61,278 nt of DNA, filler included, from an uncultured bacterium (GCA_964371695.1; 9 parts of 9 records of this genome joined end to end with filler, not necessarily neighbours in it), one strand, 5' to 3'; counted from the first letter of the whole stretch, positions 17,428 through 30,218 are shown. Numbers and translations are program-made. Notes: a model not told the origin generated them from the letters alone.

Positions 17428-18423
17428 GTGAAGGCCGCGCTGAAAAATTTTCTGAAACAAACCGTGGGTGGCTCCCGTGGGGCGCTGGTGGTTTTTCACC
17501 TGCTGGATGACCTGATGACGGGACTGCGGGTGCGCCTGGGGCGTGGCGTGAACCTGGGGGCCACCCACATTGAAATGAACCTGGACGAAAGCCTGCGGTA
17601 CATCACCGAGGTCTATCAGGATTACCTCACCTATGGCGGCCTGAAACCGGAAGACCTGAACGGAAAACGGGTGCTGGAACTGGGCCCCGGCGACAGTTTT
17701 GGTGTGGCGTTGGCGTTTTTGTCGGCGGGGGCGGCGCAGGTGGTGTGTCAGGACAGGTTCGCGCCCCGGCGCGACACCGCGCACCACCAGCGGGTTTACG
17801 CGGCCCAGCGAGAAAGGCTGTCAGGCGAGTCGGCGGCACGGTATGACGCAGCCTTTTTGCCAGACGGGCGTTTTGATGAAAAAAAACTCCTGGCCCTGGT
17901 GGGAGAGCCGTTTGAAGCCGCCGGAGCGCGGCTGGAACCAGCCTCTTTTGATCTCATTGTTTCCCGTGCCGTGCTGGAGCATGTGGCGGATTTGCCCGCC
18001 GCCTACGGCCAGATGCATCGCCTGCTCCGGCCCGGCGGCCTCATGCTGCACAAGGTGGATTTCCGCGACCACGGCATGTTCACGGCCCTGGGACAGCACC
18101 CGCTCACGTTTCTCACCGTGGCCCCGTGGCTTTATGGGTACATGGTGCGCCACAGTGGCAAACCCAACCGACAGTTGTTGAGCGAACACAAAAAACTGGT
18201 GCAGGATCTGGGTTTTGAGGCCAGTTATCTCATCACCCACGTGCTCAATCATGTGTTAGAGGTGTCGCCACATCAGGTTGTGCTCAGGCCCGGCGTGGAT
18301 TACAGCGAAGACGACCTGGCGCAGGTGCGACAGATCCGCCCGCAACTGGCCGGGCCATTTCGCCAACTGCCCGATGACGAACTGATGGTGTCGGGTGTTT
18401 TTGTCGTGGCGAGAAAAGTTTGA
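17428..18423 (+). CDS. Class I SAM-dependent methyltransferase
   Basis: VLELGPG, FDLIVSRAVLEHV, LRPGGLMLHKVDFRDH. Confidence 0.85.
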   Translation: MKAALKNFLKQTVGGSRGALVVFHLLDDLMTGLRVRLGRGVNLGATHIEMNLDESLRYITEVYQDYLTYGGLKPEDLNGKRVLELGPGDSFGVALAFLSAGAAQVVCQDRFAPRRDTAHHQRVYAAQRERLSGESAARYDAAFLPDGRFDEKKLLALVGEPFEAAGARLEPASFDLIVSRAVLEHVADLPAAYGQMHRLLRPGGLMLHKVDFRDHGMFTALGQHPLTFLTVAPWLYGYMVRHSGKPNRQLLSEHKKLVQDLGFEASYLITHVLNHVLEVSPHQVVLRPGVDYSEDDLAQVRQIRPQLAGPFRQLPDDELMVSGVFVVARKV

Positions 18424-18448
18424 TGTTAAGCCGGTAGAAATACTTGGC

Positions 18449-18687
18449 GTAGGTGCGGTGTCCGTTGCTGTTAGGTTTGTGAGAAAAGTGCTGGATTATC
18501 AGGGGTTTTTTGAGGTAGCCCCGGCGTCCCGCCGGGAGTGTCCGCCGCGCCAAAGGCGCGCACCATTCAGATTTCTTTTCGTATCTCCCTGAAAAAACCC
18601 TGTTTTGTGACGCCTTCGGCGTTTTTTTTCTCCCGGCGGGACGCCGGGGCTACCAATAAATCTAACAGCAATGGACATCGCCGCTAC
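18449..18687. repeat. Composite repeat: outer GTAG-tagged IR enclosing a REPIN copy (18514-18654, inverted relative to 1027-1167)
   Basis: Outer arms GTAGGTGCGGTGTCCGTTGCTGTTAGGTTT / AAATCTAACAGCAATGGACATCGCCGCTAC; inner perfect 25-bp TIR; flank 18466-18513 matches 1168-1215. Confidence 0.88.
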
Positions 18688-18725
18688 TCCTGAAGGGTTA
18701 GCGGTCCAGGACAGGTGCCCGGGGC

Positions 18726-20369
18726 TTATTTCAACGGCAGGCCGTTCAGGTCCAGGTCCCTGAGCGAAAAGGGTGCTTCGATGCTTTTCAGGTCGTCGTA
18801 AATGTCGGCCACGATGCTGCCGTTTTCGGGCAGGCCGCCCGCATCAATCTGGAAATAGAACGTGGTGTTTTCATCCCACGAACTGTTGCCGGTGGCGGAG
18901 ACCTTGATGAGTTCTCCCTGTCCGTTGAGAAACCGCACCTCCTTGATGCGCGCCATGTTGCTGGCCAGTTTCAACTCCACCTCCACCTTGCCTTCTTCTT
19001 TGGGAGTGACTTTTTCCAGCACAGCCCCCAGCACCTTGCCTTTTTCGCCCTCGGCCAGTTTGCCGAAGCCCAGGTTGGTGGGGGTGGTTTTTACGCCGGT
19101 CTGGTAAATCACCTTGGCCAGGATGTGCGAGATACTCTTGACTTTGGGGCCGGGCGCACGCAGGGGAATTTCCACCAGCGTGGCGGTTTTGTCTTCGCTC
19201 AGATACAGGAACGACGCCTCCCGCTGCCATTCCGATTCGGGCAGCAGGTCGTCTCCGTTGTCGGCCACGGCTTTTTCAAACACCGCTTTTTGGGCCTTGA
19301 GCACCGAGCCGGGGAACTTCACCCACACCGCCAGGGTCAGTCCCTCGCCCTGGCCAAAAGGTGAAATGCTGTTGGGGGTGTCGGCCTTGAAAACCCGTCG
19401 CACACCGGCGACTTCCGCCGAGGCCAGGCCACCCGCCGCCGCAGGGGCAAGGGAGACCTCTTTGGCTTTTTCGGCCACGTTCAGTTTTTTGAGTAACTCG
19501 GCGGTTTGCTGGCGGGCTGCGGCGGCTTCTTTTTCGTAATCGAACTGGGGTTTTCCCGCGCCCTGCAGAATCACCTGGGGGTCGCCGGGCTGGCCNNNNN
19601 NNNNNAGTTCGGTGAGCAGGTCCTCTCCCTGGGGGCCTTCGGCCATGTTGAAGCCCTGGCCCAGCACCACACCCAGGTATTTGTCGTCGTTCATCGTTTT
19701 TTCCAGCACCTTGAACATGTGCTCGCCCTCCATGCTGAGGCTGGACACGTTCGGCGCGGTTTTTTTCATGATCACGGTGCTTTTGATGGGGGCGGGAAAA
19801 CGCACCACCGTGGACATCTTCATGTCCTGGAACATGGTGCGCAGCAGGGGGCGCAGATTCTGATAATCGGCGCGCTCCAGCAGCAGGCGGTCTTTCAGCG
19901 CCTGGCCCTTCAGGGTGTTGATGTCGGGGCGGTTGTTTTTTTTCTTTGCCTTGTCGCCGCCCGGAATGAACTTCATCAGGGGCAGGCCCTGGGGTGTGGT
20001 CTCAAAACGGGGCGTGTTGAGGGGGCCTTTGAAGCCCTGCAAATACAGCTTGAGCTTGTTGGCGCTTTTGAAATAGGCGGTGGCGTTCAGCTTCATGCGG
20101 CCATCGGGCAGCATGGTGTAGCGCACGTCTTTCCACGCGTCCACGCCCTCGGCTTTTTCCATTTCCTTGGCCACGGCTTTTTTCATGCGGGTTTCCAGGT
20201 CCGGGGAGTTTTCTTCCATGAAAAGAGGCGCGCCGGTGGAAAACACGCTTTCAAGAATCACCTTTCCCGAACCATCGGGGTTCAGCACCATTTCCTGTTT
20301 GATCTCGATGCAGCCGGTGAGTGTGGCGGTGAGAAAAAGGGCGATCAGGGCGGGCAAAAGACGCTTCAT
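18726..20369 (-). CDS. Lipoprotein of unknown function (LppM-like N-terminus); spans 10-N gap 19596-19605
   Basis: Lipobox LTGC followed by IEIKQEMVLNPDGSGK; GGAGG RBS. Confidence 0.7.
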   Translation of the reverse strand: MKRLLPALIALFLTATLTGCIEIKQEMVLNPDGSGKVILESVFSTGAPLFMEENSPDLETRMKKAVAKEMEKAEGVDAWKDVRYTMLPDGRMKLNATAYFKSANKLKLYLQGFKGPLNTPRFETTPQGLPLMKFIPGGDKAKKKNNRPDINTLKGQALKDRLLLERADYQNLRPLLRTMFQDMKMSTVVRFPAPIKSTVIMKKTAPNVSSLSMEGEHMFKVLEKTMNDDKYLGVVLGQGFNMAEGPQGEDLLTEXXXXGQPGDPQVILQGAGKPQFDYEKEAAAARQQTAELLKKLNVAEKAKEVSLAPAAAGGLASAEVAGVRRVFKADTPNSISPFGQGEGLTLAVWVKFPGSVLKAQKAVFEKAVADNGDDLLPESEWQREASFLYLSEDKTATLVEIPLRAPGPKVKSISHILAKVIYQTGVKTTPTNLGFGKLAEGEKGKVLGAVLEKVTPKEEGKVEVELKLASNMARIKEVRFLNGQGELIKVSATGNSSWDENTTFYFQIDAGGLPENGSIVADIYDDLKSIEAPFSLRDLDLNGLPLK

Positions 20370-20460
20370 GGGGGGCCTCCGAGGTGTCGTGTCAGTATAT
20401 CTCCCGCTGGTTGTGGCATGGCAGGCTCCTGATTACACTGCCCCGGCACAAAACGCTTGG

Positions 20461-20514
20461 TGGTTCATTTGGTTAAAAATGAGGAGTAGGTGCGGTGTCC
20501 CCACCGCACTGTTA
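20461..20514. repeat. Left end of the TGGTTC MITE with REP hairpin (contig end)
   Basis: TGGTTCATTTGGTTAAAAATGAGGAGTAGGTGCGGTGTCCCCACCGCAC matches 5857-5905. Confidence 0.85.
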
Positions 20515-20614
20515 NNNNNNNNNNNNNNNNNNNNNNNNNNNNNNNNNNNNNNNNNNNNTTAATTAATTAANNNNNNNNNNNNNNNNNNNNNNNNNNNNNN
20601 NNNNNNNNNNNNNN
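20515..20614. other. Artificial contig spacer
   Basis: N44-TTAATTAATTAA-N44. Confidence 0.98.
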
Positions 20615-21458
20615 TAGGGGCAGTGCGCAGCCTCCCTTTGGGACGGCATGCCGTGCCCGTCGTTCTCCCTCGGACTCTCGCTCCCATTGCTGTTTTCAGG
20701 AGCGTGGGGGCGTGGTTGTGGCCCATCACCACGGCGTCCACGTTTTCGCGGTGAATATGCTGGCGGGCCGCAAGCTCCCACCGCCACATGAAAAACATGG
20801 GGTTGGGCAGTGGGGTTTCGGTGAGCCGCCCCAGCCATTCGAAATGTTCCGATGTCCGCTGGGCCACCGGAAAAATCACCCGCGCTGGCGCGCCCCCCAA
20901 AAAACGGAACAAGCGGCGCTCAAAGGCATAAAAACCCTCCAGTAATGGTTTCAGGTTGTCTGAAAAAGCCGCCTGGGCGATTTCCTCTCCCGCGCCGCTC
21001 TGCATGATGGGGTCGTATTCATCGCCGTGGCTCAGGCGCAGCGAGCGCCCCAGAAAGCTGAGATGCACCGGCGTTTCGCCGCCGTGGCTGTGGGCGCACA
21101 GGGCGGGCCAGTCCAGCGGGTTTTCGCGGAAATGGCCATCGTGGTTGCCGGGGATGTAATGGATGGGCACGCCTTTTTGTTGCAGGCGCGAAAGGGCGGC
21201 GAAAAACGGCTTGGCGGTTTTTTGCAGCGCGGCGCGGGTTTCTGGCTGATGCAGGTTGTCCGCCAGGTCGCCCACCAGCAGCACGGCGGCGGCCTGGGCG
21301 AAGTCTTTGTCCAGCAGGCTGGCAAGGCGAGCGGTTTTGGCGGGAGAGTGGAAATCCAGGTGCAAATCGCTCAGCAACACCACCGAGCCGGGGGCGGGGG
21401 TGTGCAAAAGCGGCTGAGCGGCTTCTTTCACCACGGGCGCAAAACCATCCAGACTCAT
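20615..21458 (-). CDS. Calcineurin-like metallophosphoesterase (LpxH-like); 3' end unresolved
   Basis: SDLHL, GDLAD, PGNHD, SHGDEYD, MGHNH. The frame runs into repeat-like sequence and the contig end. Confidence 0.8.
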
Positions 21459-21491
21459 GCGGACATGATAACAGCGGGGGTAAAAAAAGGC

Positions 21492-22283
21492 CTAGCCAAA
21501 CCGGCCGTGAATGTAATCGCTGGTAAGGGGATCTTTGGGGTTGTGAAAGATTTCTTCGGTCAGGTCATCGGCCTGCAAATGGCCGTTGAGGAAGAACAAC
21601 GTGCGCTGGCTGGTGCGGGCGGCCTGATGCATGTTGTGGGTCACCAGCACAATGGTGTAGTGGCTGCTGAGCTGGGTGATGGTTTCCTCAACCTTGGCGG
21701 TGGAGGTGGGGTCCAGCGCGGCGCAGGGTTCGTCCATCAGCAGCACCTCGGGGTGCATGGCCAGCGCCCGCGCAATGCACAGGCGTTGCTGCTGTCCACC
21801 CGAAAGGGCATGGGCGCTTTCGTGCAAGCGATCTTTCACTTCTTTCCACAACGCTGCTTCGCTCAGGCTGTGCTGCACCAGGTCATCCAGCCCCTGGCGT
21901 TTGCCCATGCCCGCCATGCGGGGGCCAAAAGCGACGTTTTCGTAAATGGACTTGGGAAAGGGGTTGGGTTTCTGGAACACCATGCCCACCCGGCGGCGCA
22001 GGGCGTTGAGATCAGCGCCGGGGGCGTAGATGTCTTCGCCGTCCAGCAGCACCTGGCCGTGGATGCGCACGCCGGGCACCAGTTCCAGCATGCGGTTGAG
22101 GGTTTTGAGAAACGTGCTTTTGCCGCAGCCCGATGGCCCGATGATGGCGGTGACCATGCGGGGGGAGATGTGGGTGGAGACACCGCCGATGACCTCGCGG
22201 TCTGCATAGGCCACCCGCAGGTCGGACACTTCATAGGTCCCCAGTGCGGCGGCGGTTGTTGTCTCGGCCACGGTGGTGGTCAT
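21492..22283 (-). CDS. pstB: Phosphate ABC transporter ATP-binding protein
   Basis: [66 protein letters not shown]. Confidence 0.95.
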   Translation of the reverse strand: MTTTVAETTTAAALGTYEVSDLRVAYADREVIGGVSTHISPRMVTAIIGPSGCGKSTFLKTLNRMLELVPGVRIHGQVLLDGEDIYAPGADLNALRRRVGMVFQKPNPFPKSIYENVAFGPRMAGMGKRQGLDDLVQHSLSEAALWKEVKDRLHESAHALSGGQQQRLCIARALAMHPEVLLMDEPCAALDPTSTAKVEETITQLSSHYTIVLVTHNMHQAARTSQRTLFFLNGHLQADDLTEEIFHNPKDPLTSDYIHGRFG

Positions 22284-22348
22284 GCTTTAACCTTGAGGGG
22301 GATTGTTTAAGCGGATGTTAAGGACAGGTGTCGGGGAAAACCCGACAA

Positions 22349-23413
22349 TCAGTGTTCGGCTTTTTTTTCTTCGCGGGGGTGAGATTCCCTGGTGCGGGGT
22401 TTGTCGCCATCACGCTCGCGACCCCGGCGCGGGTGATAGGCCCGTGGTGGGCGTTGCAGGGGGTGTTGGCTGCCCGCCTGGGCCGCCTTGAGCAGCGAGC
22501 CGCCCATGTTCTGCATGACATAGGGGCTGACGCCCTTGATGCGCGAGAGTTCCTGTGGGGTTTTGGGCAACAGCCGAGCGATGCTCACCAGTGTGTCGTT
22601 GCCCAGCACCTTGAACACCGGGCGGTCCAGCCGTTTGGCTCGCTCCAGCCTGAAGCGCGTGAGGGCTTTCAGCGCCCCCAGGCTTTCCGGTGAAAGTTCC
22701 CGAATGCCTTTCATGCGCCAGAAATCGTCTTCACCCGGCTCGGAGCGCATGGCGGGCAGGTCTTCGAGTTTGACAAAAGCCTTGCGTGCGTCTTCGGTTT
22801 TGCCCGCATGTTCGATTTCCTGTTGCAGGCATTCATAAACCACCAGCAGATATTTCACGTCGTCCACCAGATAATCGAGTTGCTCAGGGCTTAAGGGGCG
22901 CAGGCCCCAGTTGCTCTTGGTGTATTTCTTGGCCAGGTCCACGCCGCAGAACTCCCGCACCAGATCCGCCAGTCCCAGTTTGTCTCGCCCCAACATGCGC
23001 GAGGCGATGTAGCTGTCGAACACGTTTTTCACCGGCTGGCCGAAATCGCGCTTCAGGCACATCAGGTCATAGTCCGCGCCGTGAAAAATCTTGAGCACGT
23101 CCGGGTCGGCAAACAGCGCCAGCAGCGGCGACAGGCTACCCAGGGCAAAGGGGTCCACAATCACCAGATGATCGTGGCTGGCCACCTGAATCACGCACAC
23201 CCGCTCGTGAAAGGCGTAAAGGCTGTTGCTCTCGGTGTCCACCGCCAGCACCGGTGCGCCTTTCAAAAGCGCCACTGTTTCTTCAAGGGCTTCGGGTGTG
23301 TCTACAAAGTGAATGGGCAACGGTGGCAGGTCACGGGCCGCGCCAATGGGCGGCAGATTTTTTTTGGCCGCTGGGTGGGCTGCGGATTTTGTGGCGCTGG
23401 CCTGACTTGACAC
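22349..23413 (-). CDS. rnd: Ribonuclease D (3'-5' exonuclease + HRDC)
   Basis: AVDTE, KIFHGADYD, FDSYIA, SNWGLRPLS..Y..DDV, HRDC segment AKRLDRPVFKVLGN. Start taken as GTG 23413. Confidence 0.9.
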   Translation of the reverse strand: MSSQASATKSAAHPAAKKNLPPIGAARDLPPLPIHFVDTPEALEETVALLKGAPVLAVDTESNSLYAFHERVCVIQVASHDHLVIVDPFALGSLSPLLALFADPDVLKIFHGADYDLMCLKRDFGQPVKNVFDSYIASRMLGRDKLGLADLVREFCGVDLAKKYTKSNWGLRPLSPEQLDYLVDDVKYLLVVYECLQQEIEHAGKTEDARKAFVKLEDLPAMRSEPGEDDFWRMKGIRELSPESLGALKALTRFRLERAKRLDRPVFKVLGNDTLVSIARLLPKTPQELSRIKGVSPYVMQNMGGSLLKAAQAGSQHPLQRPPRAYHPRRGRERDGDKPRTRESHPREEKKAEH

Positions 23414-23675
23414 AAACCCATTGTAGGAACACGAATCTTCATAGGGCAACCCCGGAATCTGGAGAAGTTGGGGTCAAAATGACCCTGGCCGGGGGCCGGT
23501 GTGTTGTGCTGGCGTTCCGAAGCCTCTGGTTTTTTGCGGGAGGTGTGCGTTTGAGCGGCGCTATTTAAACAAAGACTTTTGCTTAAACGGGCTTTCTTTT
23601 CTTCCTGTGCTATCTATAATGAGGCGGCTTTAAATCAAAGGGGGTGAATGGGGGCAAAAAGTCGCATAAAAGCAG

Positions 23676-23703
23676 ATGACAAGGCTGGTGGAGTTGGTAT
23701 ACT
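23676..23703 (+). promoter_or_regulatory. Putative promoter of the small HTH gene
   Basis: ATGACA-16 nt-TATACT with TG extension, 8 nt before GTG 23712. A second TATAAT lies at 23615-23620. Confidence 0.55.
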
Positions 23704-23711
23704 AACCCCCC

Positions 23712-23924
23712 GTGTTGACCACTGACATCGACAAAACCTTTACCACGCAGGAAGTCGCCGACCTCATCGGTGTCCACAAAAACACCATCCTGAACTGGAT
23801 CAAGGGCAACAAAATCGCCGATCCGCCCAGGGACCGGAACAACGCCCGTGTGTGGGGACCGCAGCATCTGAAAAAATTACGCGACTTGCGTGACGGCATG
23901 GAACAACTCGCCCTTCTGGAATGA
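23712..23924 (+). CDS. Small stand-alone MerR/excisionase (BldC-like) winged-HTH DNA-binding protein
   Basis: FTTQEVADLIGVHKNTILNWIK helix-turn-helix, wing PRDRNNARVW; 70 aa. Confidence 0.82.
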   Translation: MLTTDIDKTFTTQEVADLIGVHKNTILNWIKGNKIADPPRDRNNARVWGPQHLKKLRDLRDGMEQLALLE

Positions 23925-24018
23925 CACACCCAACCCTGCATCCTGCGGCCCCCCGTGACCGCGCCGCTGCCCCTGGTGTGTTCCTGCCCCCTGTGAACCA
24001 GCGATGNNNNNNNNNNAT

Positions 24019-26022
<2,004 letters not shown>

Positions 26023-26043
26023 GGTACGGCCTGTTTCTGTTTT

Positions 26044-26297
26044 GGCGGGCGGGGACGCCCGCCCCACTAAAAAACAACCGGTGCGTACTCAGTGGGGCGG
26101 GCCAGCTATCGCCTTTGCTCGGCCAGATGCCCCAATGGGCATCTGGAAAGACTCCTCGCAAACTCTCGCCCGCCATGAAAAGAAAAAAGGTTTTTTGTCC
26201 TTATTTGCTCAGGCGGGCGAGGACGCCCGCCCCACTACCAAAAGAAAAAGGGATTTTGCCTATGCCTGATTGGATTCCCGCTTTCGCGGGAATGACG
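26044..26297. repeat. Cluster of GTGG/GTAG-type REP hairpins plus one CGTC-type repeat
   Basis: GGCGGGCGGGGACGCCCGCCCCAC near 26044, GGCGGGCGAGGACGCCCGCCCCACTAC near 26212, and TGGATTCCCGCTTTCGCGGGAATGACG at 26271-26297. Confidence 0.8.
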
Positions 26298-26350
26298 CCA
26301 CCCACGCTTGGTCTCCAGGCGGCTTGTGCTCCACCAATTCCGAAAATACG

Positions 26351-27196
26351 TTAATCCAGAAACGCCAGCACGCGCTGAGCCACGCGTCCCGGCTCTTCGA
26401 TCTGCGGATAGTGCCCCGCCTGACCCAGCGGCGTGAAGCGCGCCCGCAGCACCCGCCTGAGCGCGCCATGGGCCACCGCCGGGCCGCTGATTTCGTCCTG
26501 CATTCCCCACACCAGTTCCACCGGCGTTTCGCTGCGCGCCAGCGCCTGCAACCACCAATTGTTCCATTCCTCCCGCTCGTCCATATAACGGATGGTGCGG
26601 GCGTAACACTGCTTGCCAAACCGCCGCGTGATGGCCGCCCAGGCGTCTTCCACAAAAGCGTCACCGGGCGGATGCACAAAAAGCGATTCGAAATTGAGAC
26701 GGAACAGCGCCTCGTTCATGAAAAACGCCGCCGCGTCTCCCACCAGAGGCGTGCGCAGCACACGCTGCACCAGCATGGGTTTGTAGGCCCCCTGCACCAA
26801 GCCAGCGTTCATCAGCAACAGGCCGTTGATGCGAAACGAACAGGCCGCGCCCCGGCGCACCAGCTCCTGCGCCACCGTGGCCCCCATGTCGTGCGCCACC
26901 ACAAAGGCTTCGCTCAGCCCCAGCCGCCGCATGAGCGCCTCGGTGAAATCGGCCTGCTCAAACAGCGAGTAGTCATAGGGATAAGGTTTGTCGCTGTCGC
27001 CAAACCCCAGAAAATCAAACAGCACCAGGCGAAAGTGTTTCTCAAGCATGGGCAACAGCGGCGTGAAGTCGTGCGAGCAGGTGGGGAACCCGTGCAGGAA
27101 CAACAGGGCCGGGCCTTTGCCCTTGTCCACCACAAACAGGTGGCGGTCTCGCACGGCCACGCGTTTGCCTTCGTTCAGCCAGTCGTTGTATCGCAC
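26351..27196 (-). CDS. Alpha/beta hydrolase, epoxide hydrolase/MEST-like
   Basis: LFLHGFPT, FDFLGFGDSDKP, VAHDMG (Asp nucleophile), VWGMQD, GHYPQIE. Confidence 0.88.
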   Translation of the reverse strand: MRYNDWLNEGKRVAVRDRHLFVVDKGKGPALLFLHGFPTCSHDFTPLLPMLEKHFRLVLFDFLGFGDSDKPYPYDYSLFEQADFTEALMRRLGLSEAFVVAHDMGATVAQELVRRGAACSFRINGLLLMNAGLVQGAYKPMLVQRVLRTPLVGDAAAFFMNEALFRLNFESLFVHPPGDAFVEDAWAAITRRFGKQCYARTIRYMDEREEWNNWWLQALARSETPVELVWGMQDEISGPAVAHGALRRVLRARFTPLGQAGHYPQIEEPGRVAQRVLAFLD

Positions 27197-27339
27197 CGGG
27201 GCAGTGTAACGGCCCGGCGGCCCGGCGGCTTTTTTTCGCCGCAAATCTTTCCCCAAAAATCCACTTCAGTTTTTTTACGGAGCTGCGATAAATCGGAATG
27301 ACATAGACAACCTTCTTGTGGGGGCAACGGCATCCGCTG

Positions 27340-27439
27340 NNNNNNNNNNNNNNNNNNNNNNNNNNNNNNNNNNNNNNNNNNNNTTAATTAATTAANNNNN
27401 NNNNNNNNNNNNNNNNNNNNNNNNNNNNNNNNNNNNNNN
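27340..27439. other. Artificial contig spacer
   Basis: N44-TTAATTAATTAA-N44. Confidence 0.98.
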
Positions 27440-28454
27440 TCAGGTCCAGAAAACTCATGCCGTGGCCCACATAACGCTTGGCGATGGACACCACCAGACG
27501 CAGGTTGCTCTCGATGAGTTTGTCCTTGGCCCACTGGTGGCCCCGCTCCAGTGCCATGGCATATTCCACTTCCTGCTCGGCGTTCAGCAACGGCACCTTG
27601 CCGATTTCCTTCAGATACATGCGCACGCTGTCGTCCAGATTCATTTCATCCAGAAAACTCATGCGTTCGGATTTCTCGCCGGATTCCTCCGTCTTTTTGA
27701 AATCCGCATCCAGGCGGTCTTCTTTGTTCTCCACCAGTTCAATGCCCGCCGCCTGAAAAGCCGCCAGCATTTCGTCCATGAGTTCGGGTGTGAAATCTTC
27801 GTTCTGGCTCACCGCGTCGGTGAGTTCGTCATAGGTCACGCAGCCCTCTTTGCGGGCGCGGGCCAGAATGGGCACCAGCTTGACCTCCACCAGCCCCAGG
27901 CGCTCAATCTGTTCAATCGAGGGACTGTGGGGGATTTCATCACGCAGGCGCATGTCCTTGACCGGCTTGGGTTTGGGGGCCTGTTTTTTGGCGGGCGTGG
28001 CTGGTTTGGGTTCAGGTGTTTTTTCAGGCGCTGGGGCAGCGGCCTTGGTCGCTTCTTTGGCCGGTTTGGTTTTGACCGGCGGGGCCTTGGAGGCTGGTTT
28101 TTCAGCTTTTTTTGCCACCGGAGCGGGCTTTTTGGCCTTTTCAGGGGCCTTGGCCTTTGTTTTGGCAGCGGCTTTTGTTTTTTCAGCCACCTTGGGGGCT
28201 TTTGAAGTTTTAACTGGGGTTTTGATTGCCGTTTTGACGGGTTTTGCTCCTTTGGGAGTGGCCTTGGCGACCACCTTTTTGGCTTTGGCCACCGGCTTGG
28301 CTGCCGGTTTGGTCTTTGGCGCCTGTTTCACCACGGGTTTTTTCGCCGCGGGCTTGGGCGCGACTTTTTTGGCCACCACCTTTTTGACCGGGGCTTTGGC
28401 CACGCTTTTGGCCTTCTTCTGGGGGGGGGACTTGTTGGGGTTGACTTTGGCCAT
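27440..28454 (-). CDS. rpoD: Primary sigma factor with long K/A/P-rich N-terminal extension (3' truncated)
   Basis: Region 1.1 GCVTYDEL, region 1.2 [16 protein letters not shown], region 2 [12 protein letters not shown]; directly downstream of dnaG. Confidence 0.93.
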
Positions 28455-28478
28455 GGACTTTGACGGTTTCCTTTGCCG

Positions 28479-30218
28479 CTAGGGAGATGTTGTGCCGGTC
28501 TGCTGGCTGGCTTTTTGTTGAAAAGCCTGCTCCAGCGCCTTGGCCATGGAGCCGCGTTCGAAGTGGTTCACCAGTGCGTTCAGACTGTCGTTGAAAAGCG
28601 CCTCGCTAAATAAAGTATCCCTGTCGGCGCGCACACGCCGCACAAAGACAGGGCAAGGATTTTCCTCTTCTGAGAGGGTCTGTGCAACCAGATTGTTGAG
28701 TTCCTCAAAATCCTTAATTTGCGCAAGGGACAAAAAGATTTTTTTATAATATTCATCCCTAAATAGTTCGGAATCCAGGTCTTTCAGGCTGGCCAGCAAG
28801 GCCGGGTCCTGTATGGCGCACCCCAAGAGCAGTCCTTCTTCACGGTAAGGCGGGAGTTTTTTTCTTTTGACCGGCGCGCCCGCCTCCTGGGCCTGACGCT
28901 GACGCTTTTCTCCAAGCCCCTTGAAAAACAGCCGGTTCAGGGTGCGTTCGTCGGCATGGGGCATCAGGCGCGCCATCTCTTTGATCACCGCCGCCTGAAG
29001 GGTCTGGTCTTTGCTCAGGCCCAGCAGGGCCAGCATTTCCTTTTGCTGGTTCAACTGGGTGAGGGGGTCCTGCCCCTGGGGCGAGACGAGAAAAGTCTTG
29101 AGCCGGTAAAAAAAATACGGCTCGGCCATGGCCACCCGGTGGGCCAGTGCCTGGGGGCCTTTGAGCGAAAGATACTCGTCGGGGTCCTTGCCTTCTTCCA
29201 GCGACAGCACATGCACATTCGCGCCTTTTTGCAGCAGCGCCACGGCGCTTTTGTGAAGGGCGGTCTGACCGGCGTTGTCCTGGTCATAGGCCAACACCGT
29301 CCTGGGGGCCACGGCTGCCAGCAGGGCGATCTGTTTATCGGTGAGCGCCGTGCCCATGCCCGCCACGGCCTCGGTGATGTTGGCCCGGTGAAAAGCCATC
29401 ACGTCCATATAGCCCTCGGCCAGCACCACCTGGCCGGTGCGCTTGGCGGCCCGTCCTGCGTGGTGCAGGTGAAAGAGAATGTCGCCTTTTTTGAAGAAAA
29501 CGTTTTCGGGACTGTTGTAATACTTGGCCTGGGGCGCGTTGACAATTTTGAGTTCCTCACCCAGCAACCTGCCGCCAAACCCCACCACCTGCCCCCTGGC
29601 GTTATGCACCGGAAAAAGCAACCGGCCCCGGAACATGTCCACGGGTTTGCGCCCCTCGCGCCCGTCCACCACACCAGCCTCCATGGCCACGTCCAGCGGC
29701 ACGCCTTTTTTGAGCAGGTAATCCTTGAGGGCGGAGTAGTGAGGCGGTGCGAAACCCAGGCCGAAGTGACGCACCTCGCGATCGGTGATGCCCCGTTTTT
29801 GCAGATAGGCCCGGGCTGGTTCGGCAGAGGGGTGGCCCGCCAGCACTTTGGCGTAAAACTTCTGGGCCAGCGTGAGTGTGCTCAGGGGCGTGGGCCGGGG
29901 GTCGGTGTTTTCCTTTTCCGCCACCGCCAGGGGAATGTTGGCCCGCCTCGCCAGCCACGCCACGGCCTCGGCAAAATCCAGCCGCTCCTTGGTCATCACA
30001 AACTGCAACACGTTGCCCTTGGCGTTGCAGCCAAAACAGTAATACAGCCCCTTTTCGGGATTCACCCAGAAGCTGGGGGTTTTTTCAGAATGAAAGGGGC
30101 AGCAGCCGGTCCACTCCCTGCCCCGCTGCACCAGACGCGTGTATTGACCGGCCAGGTCCACCAGGTCGGTGGCGCGGCTCACCTCGTCGGCAAATCCTTC
30201 ACGGAATCTGGGAGGCAT
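28479..30218 (-). CDS. dnaG: DNA primase
   Basis: CPFHSEKTPSF..YCFGC zinc finger, FRGRLLFP, GFGGR, KYYNSPE, EGYMDV, AYDQDNAG, KDPDE. Confidence 0.95.
   Translation of the reverse strand: MPPRFREGFADEVSRATDLVDLAGQYTRLVQRGREWTGCCPFHSEKTPSFWVNPEKGLYYCFGCNAKGNVLQFVMTKERLDFAEAVAWLARRANIPLAVAEKENTDPRPTPLSTLTLAQKFYAKVLAGHPSAEPARAYLQKRGITDREVRHFGLGFAPPHYSALKDYLLKKGVPLDVAMEAGVVDGREGRKPVDMFRGRLLFPVHNARGQVVGFGGRLLGEELKIVNAPQAKYYNSPENVFFKKGDILFHLHHAGRAAKRTGQVVLAEGYMDVMAFHRANITEAVAGMGTALTDKQIALLAAVAPRTVLAYDQDNAGQTALHKSAVALLQKGANVHVLSLEEGKDPDEYLSLKGPQALAHRVAMAEPYFFYRLKTFLVSPQGQDPLTQLNQQKEMLALLGLSKDQTLQAAVIKEMARLMPHADERTLNRLFFKGLGEKRQRQAQEAGAPVKRKKLPPYREEGLLLGCAIQDPALLASLKDLDSELFRDEYYKKIFLSLAQIKDFEELNNLVAQTLSEEENPCPVFVRRVRADRDTLFSEALFNDSLNALVNHFERGSMAKALEQAFQQKASQQTGTTSP

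Noticed and set aside
20615..20700. Novel C-terminal tail on the metallophosphoesterase
   Set aside because: The sequence is REP-like (GGCATGCCGTGCCC) at a contig edge, so it is probably repeat insertion or misassembly rather than protein.
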